Positions 26,013-39,055 of a stretch of 50,545 nt of DNA are shown one piece after another; position 1 is the stretch's first letter; each line of letters opens with the position of its first letter. Under the pieces are notes generated by a model. It was not told the DNA's origin, did not search any database, and saw only the letters and a program-made list of their open reading frames with translations. This DNA comes from Girardia tigrina. Taxonomy: Eukaryota. The stretch covers positions 28,310 through 78,854 of the forward strand of contig MQRK01210104.1 of the NCBI GenBank assembly GCA_001938485.1. Reading direction: 5' to 3'. The translations under genes were made by a program, and so were the position numbers.

Positions 26013-28297
26013 ACACATATATATAATATATATTTTACCGTAAATGAGATTTCAACACTATCGTGGAAGATACACCCGGATTCAATTTATCAAAGATCCC
26101 ATCTAGGGAAATTAAAATTTTAGAAGAGTTTCAAAATACTGGTATTTATACCAGAATATTCAAACAATCTATTATCATGTTCTATCGAATTATTTCCTAA
26201 TTTCTAATTGTGATTTTTTTAGTCTTAAGAAAAAGATTTTTCAATGAAAAAATCATGCAAATTTGATTTATGTATAGACTTTGAATTTCTAAAATTCGGA
26301 ATTTTTATAAATCAAACATTTGGAAAATTTGTTACCATAAAAATCTATTACAGAATTTGAAAAATAAGTATCTAAGAAAATTCAATTTTTATGCTGAATT
26401 ATAAATGATACAAATCAATTTATAAATTTTTAAGAAGTGGAAAACGATATCATATTTTAAAGAGACACGATAACTAGGTACAAAATACAAAATATGAAAG
26501 CGAAGATTAAAAAGCTACATTATATTAGTGGTATCTGTCATATTATTTTGCCGTTCGTAATCAATCTATTCCGGATTCTCAATTGAACAATCGGCCAACA
26601 AAAGTCAGAATATCATAATCTATTAAATCCTTTCCGATCCAGCGTCAAGTAACATCTAAAATTTACTCATTACGTACAGTTTGTTATCTGAAATCTATCA
26701 TTTATATCTCTCCTATAATATTTTCCTCAACATATCTGCGTTAGTTTATTAACAGATTTATTAATCCTAGCAATAAAAAAATAAAAATAAAGAAAAACAG
26801 ATATTCTAACCATCATTAAACAACCAAATAATCTTTTATCTAAAGATCGGTGGACTCTATATTATAGTTATTACGTCATTATTTAGTGACTCGTTAGAAT
26901 TCATTTGATATCTAATATTCTAGTATTATCCCATTATATTGTAAATATTTGTAACTTGTATTTTGACAATATAGTTTGGTAAAATTAATTAATACTTTCT
27001 TTTATTAACGAACGGTTATTTAAATCGTTGTGCATTATAATCAGATACCCTTTTATTTTATTTGCTATCTCTTTAATACGTTGTTTTGACTGTGATCGGA
27101 TAGAGTTATACCCAACATTCAATTTCATTATATTGAATTTTTCGATTGTTTAAAGTATATTTTCAAACGGATATATTTTAATACACTCAATTATGTTGAC
27201 ACTAAAGATTATGAAGTCCTTGAAGTGTGTAAAATACTTAGAGGACCGGAATTGTCATATTAGGACGAATTCATCACTTTATGAAATTATAAAACGGATC
27301 TGGAACGAGTGGATATTGAAATTTGCTGCAAAGTATAGTTTCTGACTGGGTAAAACGATATACATTTAGAATTGACTTTTCTAGGCGAGTCAAATGATAT
27401 CCAAATTGGTAGTCTGCAGGCCACGGAAGCAGACTAAATTCCCTGACAACAGTTTTTTTTCTATAGAACTCAACAGCGATGTATCAAACAAAATCCTGTT
27501 TTGTGTTGAAATAACCGTCTTACAATGCGAGTTCATTCGGTATGAGTGCATATTAAAAAATTTTAAAAAACAATCAATATTTGATATTCGCTCTCATGAC
27601 GAAGGGAAGATCAAATTTAAACCGACCAAATTGATAAAACAACAATTCGCAGAATTTTCCTGGAAATGTCTACATCAGTTTTCCAAAGTTTGGTTGCAAT
27701 CAATGCGATAGTGGCACAAACATTCACATTTTAATTATCTTTTGGGTTTTTATTATTCAACGCTCGACACTGAAGGACATTCGTCGAGAGCTTCCTATAT
27801 GCTTTGGTTTTTCTTTTCTGTGTATGACAAAAACGACTCACATAGACGAACCTAAACCACAGTCATACCAATAAAGATGTCGTCGACACATACAATCCGT
27901 CTGTTATTTATAAATCAAAAATATTGTAAGTTATCATAAATACGATTCTGGATTGAATCTAGACAATGTAATTGCCTGTGTAATCAATATTTTATGTGTT
28001 GGGTGGGTACGAAACTTTCGCAAAGTTTAAATGTAAAGAAAACCGATCTTATCAATATGAATTCGAAACTGAGAACATATTTATCTCTTAACTGATTAAT
28101 AAAATGAATAATGATAATAATAAATAATTCAATGAATGAGTATTGTTTGTCTTTTAGCTTGTAAAGATGCTGATCTCTTTTTAAAATACTTTTTTTGAAT
28201 TTATATTGTATTGTTAAATAATATTTTATAACATAAGCGCTACAAACTATTTTGAACAATCATCTATCAATCTTATGGAAGTAATTTATAAATTTAC

Positions 28298-28422
28298 TTG
28301 ATAATTATATATTCAGTTAAGCAAAAGCAGCCAATAATAATAGATATATAATCCACAACTTCAGCTTTTCTTGTTGGAATAGGTTCAGGAGGTTCTGGTT
28401 TTGGTGGTTCCACGTATGGTGC
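28298..28422 (-). CDS. Adhesion-GPCR-like gene, exon with Pro-rich linker and TM1
   Basis: AG acceptor at 28423-28424, GT donor at 28296-28297, phase 0 start matching the GPS exon. APYVEPPKPEPPEPIPTRKAEVVDYISIIIGCFCLTEYIII. Confidence 0.65.
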
Positions 28423-28728
28423 CTGTAATAAATTATGGTTATTGTTTAGATTTTGAAATATTATCTTTAATTTTTGCTTTTTAATATCTTATATTCATCA
28501 GTAATTTCTAAGTTAATTTTCTTGTTTTTGAAATGACAGGTGTTTTAAAAGAAAATCTAACAAATATAATTCTACTTGTAGAAGACGGTTTATTAAATGC
28601 TTGTGTGGAAAAATCATTCTCATGAAACGAATCCAAGAGATATTTGTTACTGTTAAGTAAGGTCTATCAAACGTATTTTTAATAGATTATTCAACTAATA
28701 AATAATAAGATAGTGAATTTACTAAGTG

Positions 28729-28730
<2 letters not shown>

Positions 28731-28770
<40 letters not shown>
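28731..28770. repeat. (TA)n microsatellite
   Basis: About 20 AT units; similar tracts at 31897-31931 and 38879-39002. Confidence 0.95.
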
Positions 28771-28777
<7 letters not shown>

Positions 28778-29894
28778 CAATAACAATAATCCAATAAATG
28801 ACAAAAGTAGTTTGTTGTGTCTTCACAAATTCACTTGTTTGAAATGTTTTGGTAGATGGAAAAATTTTTAGTGATGATGGTAAGATAGAGTATGAAATTC
28901 TTCCGATTATATCTGAGTTTCAGTATATGGGTGGCAATGAATTCGTTTAAAAAAATATTTGTCTATAAAATTTATAATGTACTTTATATAGATAATAGAG
29001 ACTTTCTTAATACACTGTCTAAGAGATGATTGAAATGGTTGGTCAAACTTATGGCATAAATTAAACTTTTGAAAAGTTTTGCTGAATTATTTGTGTGGTT
29101 ATCGTTGTTTGTAATTCGATTTAAACAATTCCATTCTTTTAATTAACATTTTTTCTGGTAATTAATATAAATCTTGAATGTCGAAAATTTTCTTCGAAAT
29201 TTTCTGTGGGAATTTAAATCTGGATTTTCCAAAAATTTTAATCTGGAAAAATTCACCCTACTCGCAAATATACAATTAAGTAATATTAATATCGATTATA
29301 TTAATATCATTTATATTAAATATGGTCCTAACAGTTAAAATGTTATTTCAAAAGAAACTAAAATATTTAAAAAAATACAAAAGTAAATACTAAGTTAATG
29401 TATAAACTATTTGAAAATAGTTTATAATTTAAATAATTTTTAAATTCAAAATATTTTATAAAATTAAAGATAATACAAAATTTCGAAAATAATAAATCTG
29501 CATATTGATATTTACAATTATTTTAATCAGGAAAACTTGCTTGAATAATGTTTATATTATTGTTGTTCGGGATTCAAATATCGTTACTACATTGTTAATA
29601 CCAATTAATTATCTATATCTATGTGTAAATAGATGAATATATTTAATGGATCCCGCGTTCTCTTTTTCTCATTCGCCTTGAAAAAACTAAGAAACAAAAC
29701 TTTTTTGTGATTCTAATTGTTTTTATGTTTGTAGCTTTACAATAAAAATTTTGTAAAAATTTTAGTTGGAAATTAATTTTAATGGTTTTTTTAAAAGATT
29801 AATGCGAAAAAAATGTAAAAAGAATTTGTTTAAATAGATTAGATAATACTGAAAGATGAAAATTTAAATAAAAATAAATAATCGATCGAAATTA

Positions 29895-30300
29895 CCTTTG
29901 CTTATCATTTTCGTTTTTCTTTGGAGTTTTATTGAGATGAAACGAATCAGCGATTTGAATAACAAATTCGACAGTGTCTCGAGTAAAACCGGGCTCTCCG
30001 ACTCAGTTATTTCAGTATTTACGAGTCATAAATCGACGATCTGATTGCCGAATATCGCAGGTGTCTCTCTCGCTTAATGGAGACTTGCCACAAGAAATTC
30101 GATCTGATTTTCGTATTTTGCTGTATCCTGTAGCGACTGGTAAATGAGTACTGGCACACGGATACGAGCGAAGCGAAGCAATTCTTTGATGACATTTGGC
30201 GGTGTATTTTAGTGTGGGCAAACGAGACCAATGATGATTTACAGTTGGAAGATCTTTCGATTGGCGATGTCGTTTCCCCTAATTCCAAATATTTGGTGAA
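29895..30300 (-). pseudogene. Unidentified GC-richer coding-like fragment with stops
   Basis: The third minus frame reads 'PPNVIKELLRFARIRVPVLIYQSLQDTAKYENQIEFLVASLH*...SPVLLETLSNLLFKSLIRFISIKLQRK' and ends at a GT donor. It looks helical; family unknown. Confidence 0.35.
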
Positions 30301-31049
30301 AAATATTGACTTAGAAGAAGATCACGAGATTTTATTAATACTATTCTGCTGCGGAGGATCAATAAGCATCAATTCAAATTAAAACGGGTCCAGCACAACC
30401 AGAAAGTTTCCCTATGCAACCCTGTTACCCCCATCCGATTCTCGGGCAACCTGAGTGTCGGGCGGATCAGTTGTTATTATATAAAAGTTTCGAAAATGTC
30501 TGAATTTTCATTTGAAAATAATACCGAGCATCACAATGTTGAAATAAAATTCGTTGTTATAATATTCAATTCGATTCACTAAAATTTCAAAAAAATAAAT
30601 ATCTGTTTTATTCATACCCCAAATGTAACTAAATTTTATAACGAGTGAAAAAAGAAAACAGAAACTGCTTCTATCAAATCCTTCATACTGGAAGGACAGT
30701 AAAGTAAATAATTAAATATAATGGAAATGAGAAAAAATAATTTAGTGTTTTGCTAAACCAGTTACGGCAATAATTTAATTATATTTTCTGAAAAGCATAA
30801 TAATACAGCAGATGTTGAACAGATTTAAGTTGATAAAATTATGTATTTTATCAAAGAAACAAAAGAAGCAATAGCCGAAGTTTTCTATGGAAGAACAACT
30901 ATTTGAATAAATGAACTTTTTATTATCAAAAATTCAGTTTTTTTATTTCTTTGGGACAATTACGAGTGAAAAGATCAATCACTATTATTCTCATAGATTA
31001 TCCTGTTTGAAGTATCTAAATGAATTGTCGTTGGGCTTCATTTAGTATT

Positions 31050-31720
31050 GTTTTTCCCATTTGTTGGACTTTTTGAGCAACTGGAGGTTCTGACATATCA
31101 ATGTTCAACCAAGTAATGTTGAAATATGGTTGATCTGAGAAAGCTTCGTAGTAAAGAATCATGAAAACCAGGTCATGAAGTCAGAACTAAGGATAGATCG
31201 GTGGACATCCGCAATCTTGAATGATCATTAATAATCTCGTTGAAGCAAAGGAATGTAAATCCGAAGTATTTTCACAATTAACTTTGATAAGGCTGTTGCT
31301 GGTTGATAGTAAATCTTGCTTGGTATTTTAGGAATGTGGTTGATACACTTTGGTTAGTATCTCACTGATGACTGCACCAGAATCTATCAGAAAATCAAAA
31401 AATACTTTTCTGGTGATGGTGAGTACTGAGAATATGAACTTGAGATTACCCTTTGAAGGTTTTATCCGTTTGAAGTTTGGCATCAGAAGTCAATACTAAT
31501 GTTTTGGGACCACCGATGTCAACATCACGGACTCCTTTGGCCTTTTTCTAACAACTTAGGCTTGACATAGATTTTAATATTTCTTCGCAAGGAATCTGAA
31601 TTTGTTGCGAAAAAACCATTAGATTGGTAATTTGTGATTTGGTGATATATTTCTTCCTTCAGTTTAGTTTGTTTTTTTATGTTTCCAAAGTAATTTGCAT
31701 TTAACTGGTCGTTTCAAATT
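31050..31720 (-). mobile_element. Gypsy gag/protease remnant
   Basis: 'FLIDSGAVISEI' aspartic protease motif and downstream 'RDY**SFKIADVHRSILSSDF' (ILGxDF-like). Confidence 0.7.
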
Positions 31721-31893
31721 TAAAATCTACTTTTGTTAAACTAAAATACGAAAAACTGGAAGATTCTCTAGCTTTAAGATTTCTAAGTTTAGATTATACT
31801 CCCCCACGACCCAGAAAGTCCCCACCAGTACCGGGTCACCGCGACCACGCAGCCATAGCTTTACAGCCAACAAAATATTTTTAATTGCTTTCA

Positions 31894-31934
<41 letters not shown>

Positions 31935-31993
31935 GAACATTAAAATTTAATAATAATAAATATACTGTTACTCATAAAAAGAGTTAGTCTTAC

Positions 31994-32341
31994 TGCTTGA
32001 ATAGTATAGACAGCATTCATATAATCACAATAACATTGTATGAATTGACCACCAGTGTATAAATGAGGTCTACAATCTTGTATTACAGAACCATTAGATA
32101 ATACTCGAACACAAGTGGCATTTCGAACACTTTCCGGACGAAGTATGGGAAATATTAAATCAAAGGATTTCTTAATAAGACCATCTTTATATGAATTTCT
32201 CATATTAATAAACGCTAAACAGCAAGGATATATGCTATTGTTTACTTCTGTGATATATTTGGGTGTTGGTAATACCAAACAATATACATAATAGTCGACT
32301 GACATTCCGGCAACAGATACTCTTTTATAAATATTGATGAT
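31994..32341 (-). CDS. Adhesion-GPCR-like gene, GAIN-B/GPS exon
   Basis: AG/GT bounded, 348 bp = 116 codons, phase 0-0. Ends 'NATCVRVLSNGSVIQDCRPHLYTGGQFIQCYCDYMNAVYTIQA', the GPS C..C..CxC pattern. Confidence 0.75.
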
Positions 32342-32385
32342 CTGTTAAAACTAATAATTTAATTAATAAAATTTCTATATGTTAC

Positions 32386-32491
32386 ATCAACTCTGGTTCC
32401 AGCTTGCCCAAATTTTCCTGTGCTTAAGTCACTACTAATATCTATATTTCCTTGGAGAAATCGTAATGCTTGAATCCAGATCATAAATGGT
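32386..32491 (-). CDS. Adhesion-GPCR-like gene, GAIN exon
   Basis: 106 bp, phase 2-0, open (RPFMIWIQALRFLQGNIDISSDLSTGKFGQAGTRVD). Flanked by 75-bp and 44-bp GT-AG introns. Confidence 0.72.
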
Positions 32492-32566
32492 CTAAAATGA
32501 CCATTAATAAAGTTTCATATTTTTATTTTTAAATACAAATCATTTAAAAGAAAATATAATTTAAAC

Positions 32567-32792
32567 CTGAAGACATATATAATCCGAACAGAATGTGAAG
32601 GAATTCTATTTAGAAAGTATACCATATTTTCAACAATTGATCGAAGAATTATTCCACTTTCTGAATCGACAATTTGATCAACAACTTTTTTCATATTGTA
32701 GCACAGAAAGTCAAAATCTTGATCACTCAAATAACTGTTTTTAACACTTAGGATCTCCAAATTGTAAAATAACTTCTCTTTAATAACAGAAT
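32567..32792 (-). CDS. Adhesion-GPCR-like gene, GAIN-A helical exon
   Basis: 226 bp, phase 1-2, open (DSVIKEKLFYNLEILSVKNSYLSDQDFDFLCYNMKKVVDQIV...). Phase-compatible with the neighbouring exons. Confidence 0.7.
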
Positions 32793-33079
32793 CTGAACAA
32801 AAATACTTTGACACATATCAAAACGAATTATTGTACACAACTGAAAAACGTTGAAGAAGCCTTACGCTCAGCCGTATCAAATATAGTTTTCCGTTTTGAT
32901 TTGTTATGCAGCAAAACACAAGCGTATGCCTCTCATTAAATATTTTTTTTTCGTTTTAAAATATTATAATAGTTTGTTTTACAATAAATTATGTTTAATG
33001 ATAATTAATAAATAAAAGAATGGAAAAATAATAATAATGGTATCACAAAATTATTACTTTAAATTTATATATTTAACAT

Positions 33080-33146
33080 CTGGGTCGCGAAAATATTGTG
33101 GATCTTAAATGGGGTCCCAACGGAAAAAAAAGTTTAAGAAACACTG
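33080..33146. mobile_element. hAT (Charlie/Buster-like) terminal fragment
   Basis: 'gggtcgcga...ggggtcccaacggaaaaaaaagtttaagaaacactg' resembles the CAGTGTTTC-type hAT end. The partner end was not found. Confidence 0.55.
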
Positions 33147-33270
33147 ATATACATATAGAAAATAGAAAAACAATTTTGTTTGAATGTTCGAATTTTCTCT
33201 TGTAATGGACGTGTTAATAAATCATATCGAAACTATGGCGTGTTGTTAAATCTTGTCTAGTCTATTGTTA

Positions 33271-33372
33271 TTAGGTGTACAACTAATTAATTTCGTATTT
33301 GTTATCACTTTTATACTTAAATTAATGGTTTTTTTAACAAAAAAATACGAAATTAATTAGTTGTACACCCAA
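33271..33372. mobile_element. Mariner-derived MITE (102 bp)
   Basis: About 30-bp TIRs ttaggtgtacaactaattaatttcgtattt / aaatacgaaattaattagttgtacacccaa, flanked by TA on both sides. Confidence 0.9.
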
Positions 33373-33429
33373 TATATTTTGATCGATCTAATTATTAAAC
33401 AAAAAGCGGTATTTATTTTTGATCCTGAA

Positions 33430-34390
33430 TTCCCTATCCAATCCGTGAGAAATCTTCACCTCGAGATGGAAATTTCAACAAATTGAGAGTATTGTGGGTA
33501 TTGAGAGCCCCACGCAACAGTCGACAGGAGAGTCGACCGACGGTGTCGTCGCTCCCAACGGTGGAGCCAATCTAACGAACGAACCGATAATGAACCGGCT
33601 GCGCCGACGACTCATGTCGAGCGGCAAGACGCGCGTTGGTCCAGCGTTGCTTCTCACGTTTGAGTGGCTGGAAATCCAGCGACTTCCATTGGATACCAGT
33701 CCCAGAAATACTAATTGGATTTTCACTACATTTATTTGAATCACAACTTGAATCGCCACTAGGACAATTCTCCGCAAAACTTTTGTAGTTAGTCATCATT
33801 CTTAATCGATAAATTCAATTCTATTTCTAAACGTCTATTTCCTCACATAAATTATGAGAATCACAAAATTAATCAGCCATCTTGATAAGAGAAACACAAT
33901 CTCAAATCTTAACACGACATTTAAACACAAAAACATAAAACATTCCAAAATATCCTCAAAATGAAATTGGTGACATTTTTGATACCCCGAAAAACGAATT
34001 GGTCAAGTATAGAAATATTCAAGAGTTGCTGTGGTATCGGCAGCCAGACCGAGTGGCGGCGGCCGGCACCTCTTAGACATGCCTGGACTTGGTGCCCGGA
34101 GAGATCGCCGTGTCGGTTCGACGGCGCCTGGTTGCCAATCAGGTCCGGTGACCATCGGTCGATACGTCATGGAGTGTCGGTCCCGCGAACGGCTTGATGT
34201 GGTTCCGCTTCTGTAAACGCGGATACCGCTCTATTCATCGACACATGGCCCGAGTGCGTGATTGGTGAGATTGTGGGGATCCGCCATGTCGTACCTGCGA
34301 ATACGAAATGTGTCGCCAAATTGTGTGTGGCAATGGCGCACGGGATCCAACGGATTGGGGCCGCTGCCGCACAGTGCGGTTTGAATAGTT
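33430..34390. other. Two GC-rich, CpG-rich coding-like islands of unknown origin inside the aGPCR intron
   Basis: Sharp compositional shift at about 33430-33800 and 34020-34390. Multiple short ORFs, none recognised. Confidence 0.4.
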
Positions 34391-35003
34391 GTTCATTATA
34401 ATGGTTTCCTCAGATTATGTCAACGAAACACGATTACGATTCATTCCATCAATATCATCATCGGGTAAAAACATCAGAACGATGATTAATATTCAATTCG
34501 ATCGAAAATATAAAAAACATTCATAATTTATTTATTCTTAAAAATTATGTGATCAAATATTATTTAAACAATACTTAAATGTTTTTTTTGTTTAATTGTC
34601 GATCACCACAGCTACAAATCTGTTTCATATACTTCCCAATTTTGTCAGTAAGATTTATAAACTCGTTAGAATTCAACAATTTATACTTGGAAAGGTATAA
34701 TGCCGAATAATAATTCGGTATCCTAATACTCATTAAATACGGTCAAACAGTTTGGCAATAGTTAGTGCATTATCTTTTTCAATTGCTATGGCAAACTGAG
34801 CAAGTCTATGAATTCAGTGCGATGATATACGACAGTACAAATATAATAAATACCAATAGAATATAAGAATCGAAATATTGTAAATATGTACATCAGAATC
34901 AGTTCGCTTTAAGACACAAAACAGTAATTAAACCAATTTATTCGTTGCTCAACCGTCGAAAGTTGTGATTTATGGAAAAATGATTCGAAAATGTCAGTGA
35001 TTA

Positions 35004-36536
35004 AACTGGTCTGCAAAACATTTTTTTCAACAGGGGAACGGTTTTTCACCAGATTCTAGTTAATTTAAGCACACTGATTTCAAATATTTCATTGATTATG
35101 CTTGATTGGCTACCGTTTTTATTCCAAGCTTGTTTTTCAGTTTTAAAATCGCCCTCCATCGCCCTTAGTGACGAATAATCCCAGAAGGGAAAGGAGATAG
35201 TGCAAATAAAATTAATATTATGTAATGTACTTGTAGGATTCAGTCATCTAGACCGAATGGCCGACGGGGACGCTCGCAAATTTATTGCCTTAGTTTAGGA
35301 GAACAGCCTTCAGACTGAGGCTGTAGGAGTCTATGAAGAGCCTCCATTGGGTTGGGTTGTAATGTCAGGTCCATGATTTCTATAAGACTGCAAACGTTGT
35401 TACAAAAAACCAATCCCCTATTTTCAATTATTGTAAAAAAAATGGGTGAAATTCCTTTTTTCTTTAGCGATACCAAGCGATTGTTGTGTTTGGAGTCAAC
35501 AAGTGATTTTGCCACAGGCGTGATCCCAGTAAGAAGACTGTAGACTTTTAGACAGACCTAAGTCTCTCATAAGATCGTTTTACTAGGCCTGAGACAATGG
35601 CTAAGGTATATTCAGATCCCCGTTATCATTGGAAGATTCCCTCGATGCTGCTTGCTTCTGTGCTTGCTGTTGAGGCAAAAAACGTATTATTATGTGGAAG
35701 AGGAACATGAAGGCCAGATCCATGAGGAAGCGGTCTACGAGCAGAAGGGACAACCGGATACTTCACAAAACGCTTTTTTCTTCTTATTTATCCCTTGACA
35801 AAAAACAAATGTATATTTATCAATTTATTTTTAGTTCAATTTACAAAAGCACCTCTTATGTCTGTCAAACAAAAGTAACAGTCTTTAGAATGATCCTTGC
35901 CTTCTCTGCACACCATAGGTACCCTAAATGGTAAGTACTTCAAATATCTATCCCATCATAGCCGCAGATTTTCAGAGGACAATTTTCAGCATACGTGAGA
36001 AGCACTTGGTTTTATCGTGGTCGCCAAGTTTCATTCAAAAGTACGCGTGATAACTATTCTTTACAAGTGCAGTAATTTTAGGCGCACGATTCTTGGTCTT
36101 ACGACTCAATAAGATAACTTTCCCACAAACATAACAAAAGTTATTGAGATCATTTACACACTTTCTCTTCATGCTAAAAATTAAATTATAATAGAAAATA
36201 ATATAATAATTACCTGCAATATAACAAGAATTATAAATTTAGCTCACATTACACACCAATATCTCAAAGGAGTGCAGAAAAATACCGATTTAAACTATTT
36301 AGTAATAACAGAGAAAAGAGATTCCAGTATTGCATAATAATGATTGAAAAAGATAATGCACTAATTATTGCCAACTGTTTTAATTATAAAACATCAAAAA
36401 CTGTGACCATAGAAAAATCGGTAGCCAATCGAGTAAAGTTATATTCGGATTCAGCGTGCAAAATCAGTAAAGAAACCACTAAAACCTTTGTGACCTGAAA
36501 AATCGGAGCAAATAATTATCAATATTTTTCTAGTGT
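35004..36536 (-). mobile_element. Chapaev3-like (CMC) transposon, internally deleted
   Basis: N-terminus 'MKRKCVNDLNNFCYVCGK...KLGDHDK...PFRVPMVCREGKDHSKDCYFC' (36172 downward), 'LVFCNNVCSLI' and later motifs. Imperfect inverted subtermini share 'aaaa(t)cggtagccaatc'. Ends approximate. Confidence 0.82.
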
Positions 36537-36778
36537 TTATTTGGTCAAATCTAACGAGAATCGAAATTGTGATTTTGTGAATAATTATCAACTTTCATTT
36601 TATAAAACAAAGAAAAGAATAAATAAACAAATGAGCCAAAAATATAAAAAAAAAGAAAGAACATGTATAAAACTATATAGTCTTAATATGAATACATAGT
36701 CATGACATTTGCAAAAAGGTCAATAATCTAGATAATCGAGTAAAAAATGGATTTTTTGTAAAAAAAATAAGTTAAATA

Positions 36779-37580
36779 AAGGGTGTTCCAAAAGTAATGG
36801 AAGGAAATTGTTTTGTATGCATATCTGACAAAATAAAAGAAAATTCAAAGTTTAATGGTACAGCTGTATCTGTCAATACACAGAGAGTGTTCTGAATGGG
36901 ATCACATTTGCTGTTATTTTCCGTGCAAGGTGGTGCATTGTTCAAATCGCTCATATGCTGCATGACATGCTTTTTTGACCATGTTCTGTGGCATTTCCTT
37001 AATGCTGCACTCGATCTTGTTTCGGTACTCAGTAATGGTTACAGGCCTTGTGCGGTACACATGCTCCTTCAGGTAGCCCCAGAAGAAGTAATCACACATA
37101 GTTAAGTCTGGCGAACGAGGGGGCCAATCCATCGGACCACCTCTACCGATCCACTGCTGAGGAAAATTTTGATCAAGCCAGGGGCCCCATCATGCTGGAA
37201 GGTAAGCTTCTTGTATCTCGTATAAGGCCACAGAGTTGTTTGCAGCTGGTGTAGATAGGTAACATCATTGACTGGACAATCAATGAAGTAAGGTCCCAAG
37301 ACTTTCGCCGAAGTTACTCCACACCACACCATAATTCCCTGGCGAGAGTTTAGAATCTGCTCTTGAGCGTGTGGATTCTTTGAACCCTACCGAACATTGT
37401 TGTGGCGTGAAACTGCTCCAGATAGGTGAAACAAAGGTTAGTCTGCCCACATTATGTGGTTTATTAAGTGAGGGTTCGCGTCGAATCTCTCCACAATCGT
37501 TTTGGAAAACTCTTCTTGTCTATCAAAGTTGCAATCGCTGAGCATTGTCACGTGTCGAGGACGGTAGGGTTTAAGATCAT
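36779..37580 (-). mobile_element. Tc3/DD37D-like Tc1-mariner remnant (3' part)
   Basis: TA followed by TIR aagggtgttccaaaagtaatgg. Transposase 'MVWCGVTSAKVLGPYF...FQHDGAP' and 'WPPRSPDLTMCDYFFWGYLKEHVY'. Confidence 0.88.
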
Positions 37581-38742
37581 ATCATAATAATTTTTTCGTT
37601 GGAAAATTTTTTTTGAGAAATTGATCTTTCTTTTTATTAAATAAAAATTGGCAGTGTTTTTAGATATATTCCTCGGTGGACAAGTTCACAGTTATTGAAA
37701 CTGACTTATGGTAAGACGCTCAAAATCTGAAAGATTATGAGACTGATGAAAAGACGAGGTAGAGTTTTTGAACAAACCAGTAGAGTCCTTTGAGAGTAAC
37801 TGCTTCACGTTGGACCACTTGGTGGAAGAAATGCTGAATCAGGCCAATCATGCAGGCAGAGTGGCGGATGAGAAAGTGAAAAAGAGGATGGAGTTCGAGG
37901 GGAAATATGACGAAAGTGATGAGAGAGTTGAGAAAATAAGTGTTTTCGGTGATGAATCAATTATGTTCCCCCGATGACCCGGGAATCCGTCAAAAGCACC
38001 GAAGCATCGTAGTCTCAATGTGCGTGCTCTGCAGGAACAACCGTCATCGCATAAAACGATTGAAAATGGGAATTCTCAAAGTTTCTTCCTTCATAATTAT
38101 TTTAGATTTCAATTATAAAAATCTTGTTTTTGAATTTGTAGTTACACGAGCTATAGATAACTATTTTGACACCTCTTACATTCAAAATTTTATGACGATT
38201 TCTCATAATTGTGATCTAAGCCCCTGGTCAAGTTCAGATGAGATTTTACCATTCTCTCAGACAATGTTACGAATTTCTTAATTATTAGCTTTGGAAACAG
38301 AATTTTACACATATTTATCTGAAAGATTTATTTCAAGGCTAGAAAATCCCGTTTCCGTTATGATGATCAAAATAATCACCGTTTCTCAGGGCTGTCACAG
38401 ATTGCTGGAATCTTTTTTGCGTTTTCAACCACAGGTGTTCTTTCTAAAAGAGTTTTTTAGTATTTCAGGAAAAAAATTAGACGACAAAAGATCAAGACTT
38501 TTACTGGGTAATGTAGTGATAAAGATTCTTTTTTAATTTAATTTTTATCTAATTGGTGAAGTTAACGTCTGTAAAAATGCAAAATAAAAATTTATTTGGT
38601 TTCATGTTGAATATAATTGGTCTGTTTCTTATAAGTTATTATTTTTAATGTTTAATTTTTGAAAACCAAAATAGGTAACATTATCGGTCGGTTTTATTAT
38701 AAACACCTCTTTACAATTATAAAATTAAGAATTGAAATAAAC

Positions 38743-38867
38743 CTGTATAGTTATTTGTAAATTTTCGGATTTCCTCTCTCCTTTTTATTTTTAATTTGTC
38801 TGGAGAATATAAACATGCAGACTGATTGACAAATTCCCAACGATAACCGCCGTCTTCTGTCATGTTA
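38743..38867 (-). CDS. Adhesion-GPCR-like gene, exon with C-terminal half of HRM domain
   Basis: AG/GT bounded, 125 bp, phase 2-1. NMTEDGGYRWEFVNQSACLYS fits the HRM 'G.W....S.C' pattern. The phase-1 end joins the exon at 32792. Confidence 0.65.
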
Positions 38868-38946
38868 CTGAAAGTTAAATATATATATATATATATNNNN
38901 NNNNNNNNNNNNNNNNNNNNNNNNNNNNNNNNNNNNNNNNNNNNNN

Positions 38947-39005
<59 letters not shown>

Positions 39006-39055
39006 TGAATATTGATTTGATTTAAATATTTTTTACTAAAATATATAGAGCATTG

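Noticed and set aside
27860-28030. 'RKFRTHPTHKILITQAITL' as aGPCR ICL1-TM2 exon
   Set aside because: It resembles the motif, but no acceptor gives the right phase and no hydrophobic helix follows.
21070-32830. Alternative genetic code (stop-codon reassignment)
   Set aside because: In-frame stops are of all three types and co-occur with frameshifts in dead elements, and the receptor exons are open under the standard code.
33961-34197. Tetraspanin-like 'FKSCCG..EW' motif
   Set aside because: No flanking TM helices or further conserved Cys pattern; likely chance.
36772-36963. Cys-containing ORF as a receptor exon
   Set aside because: It lies inside the Tc3-like element's 3' end and TIR, in an alternative frame.
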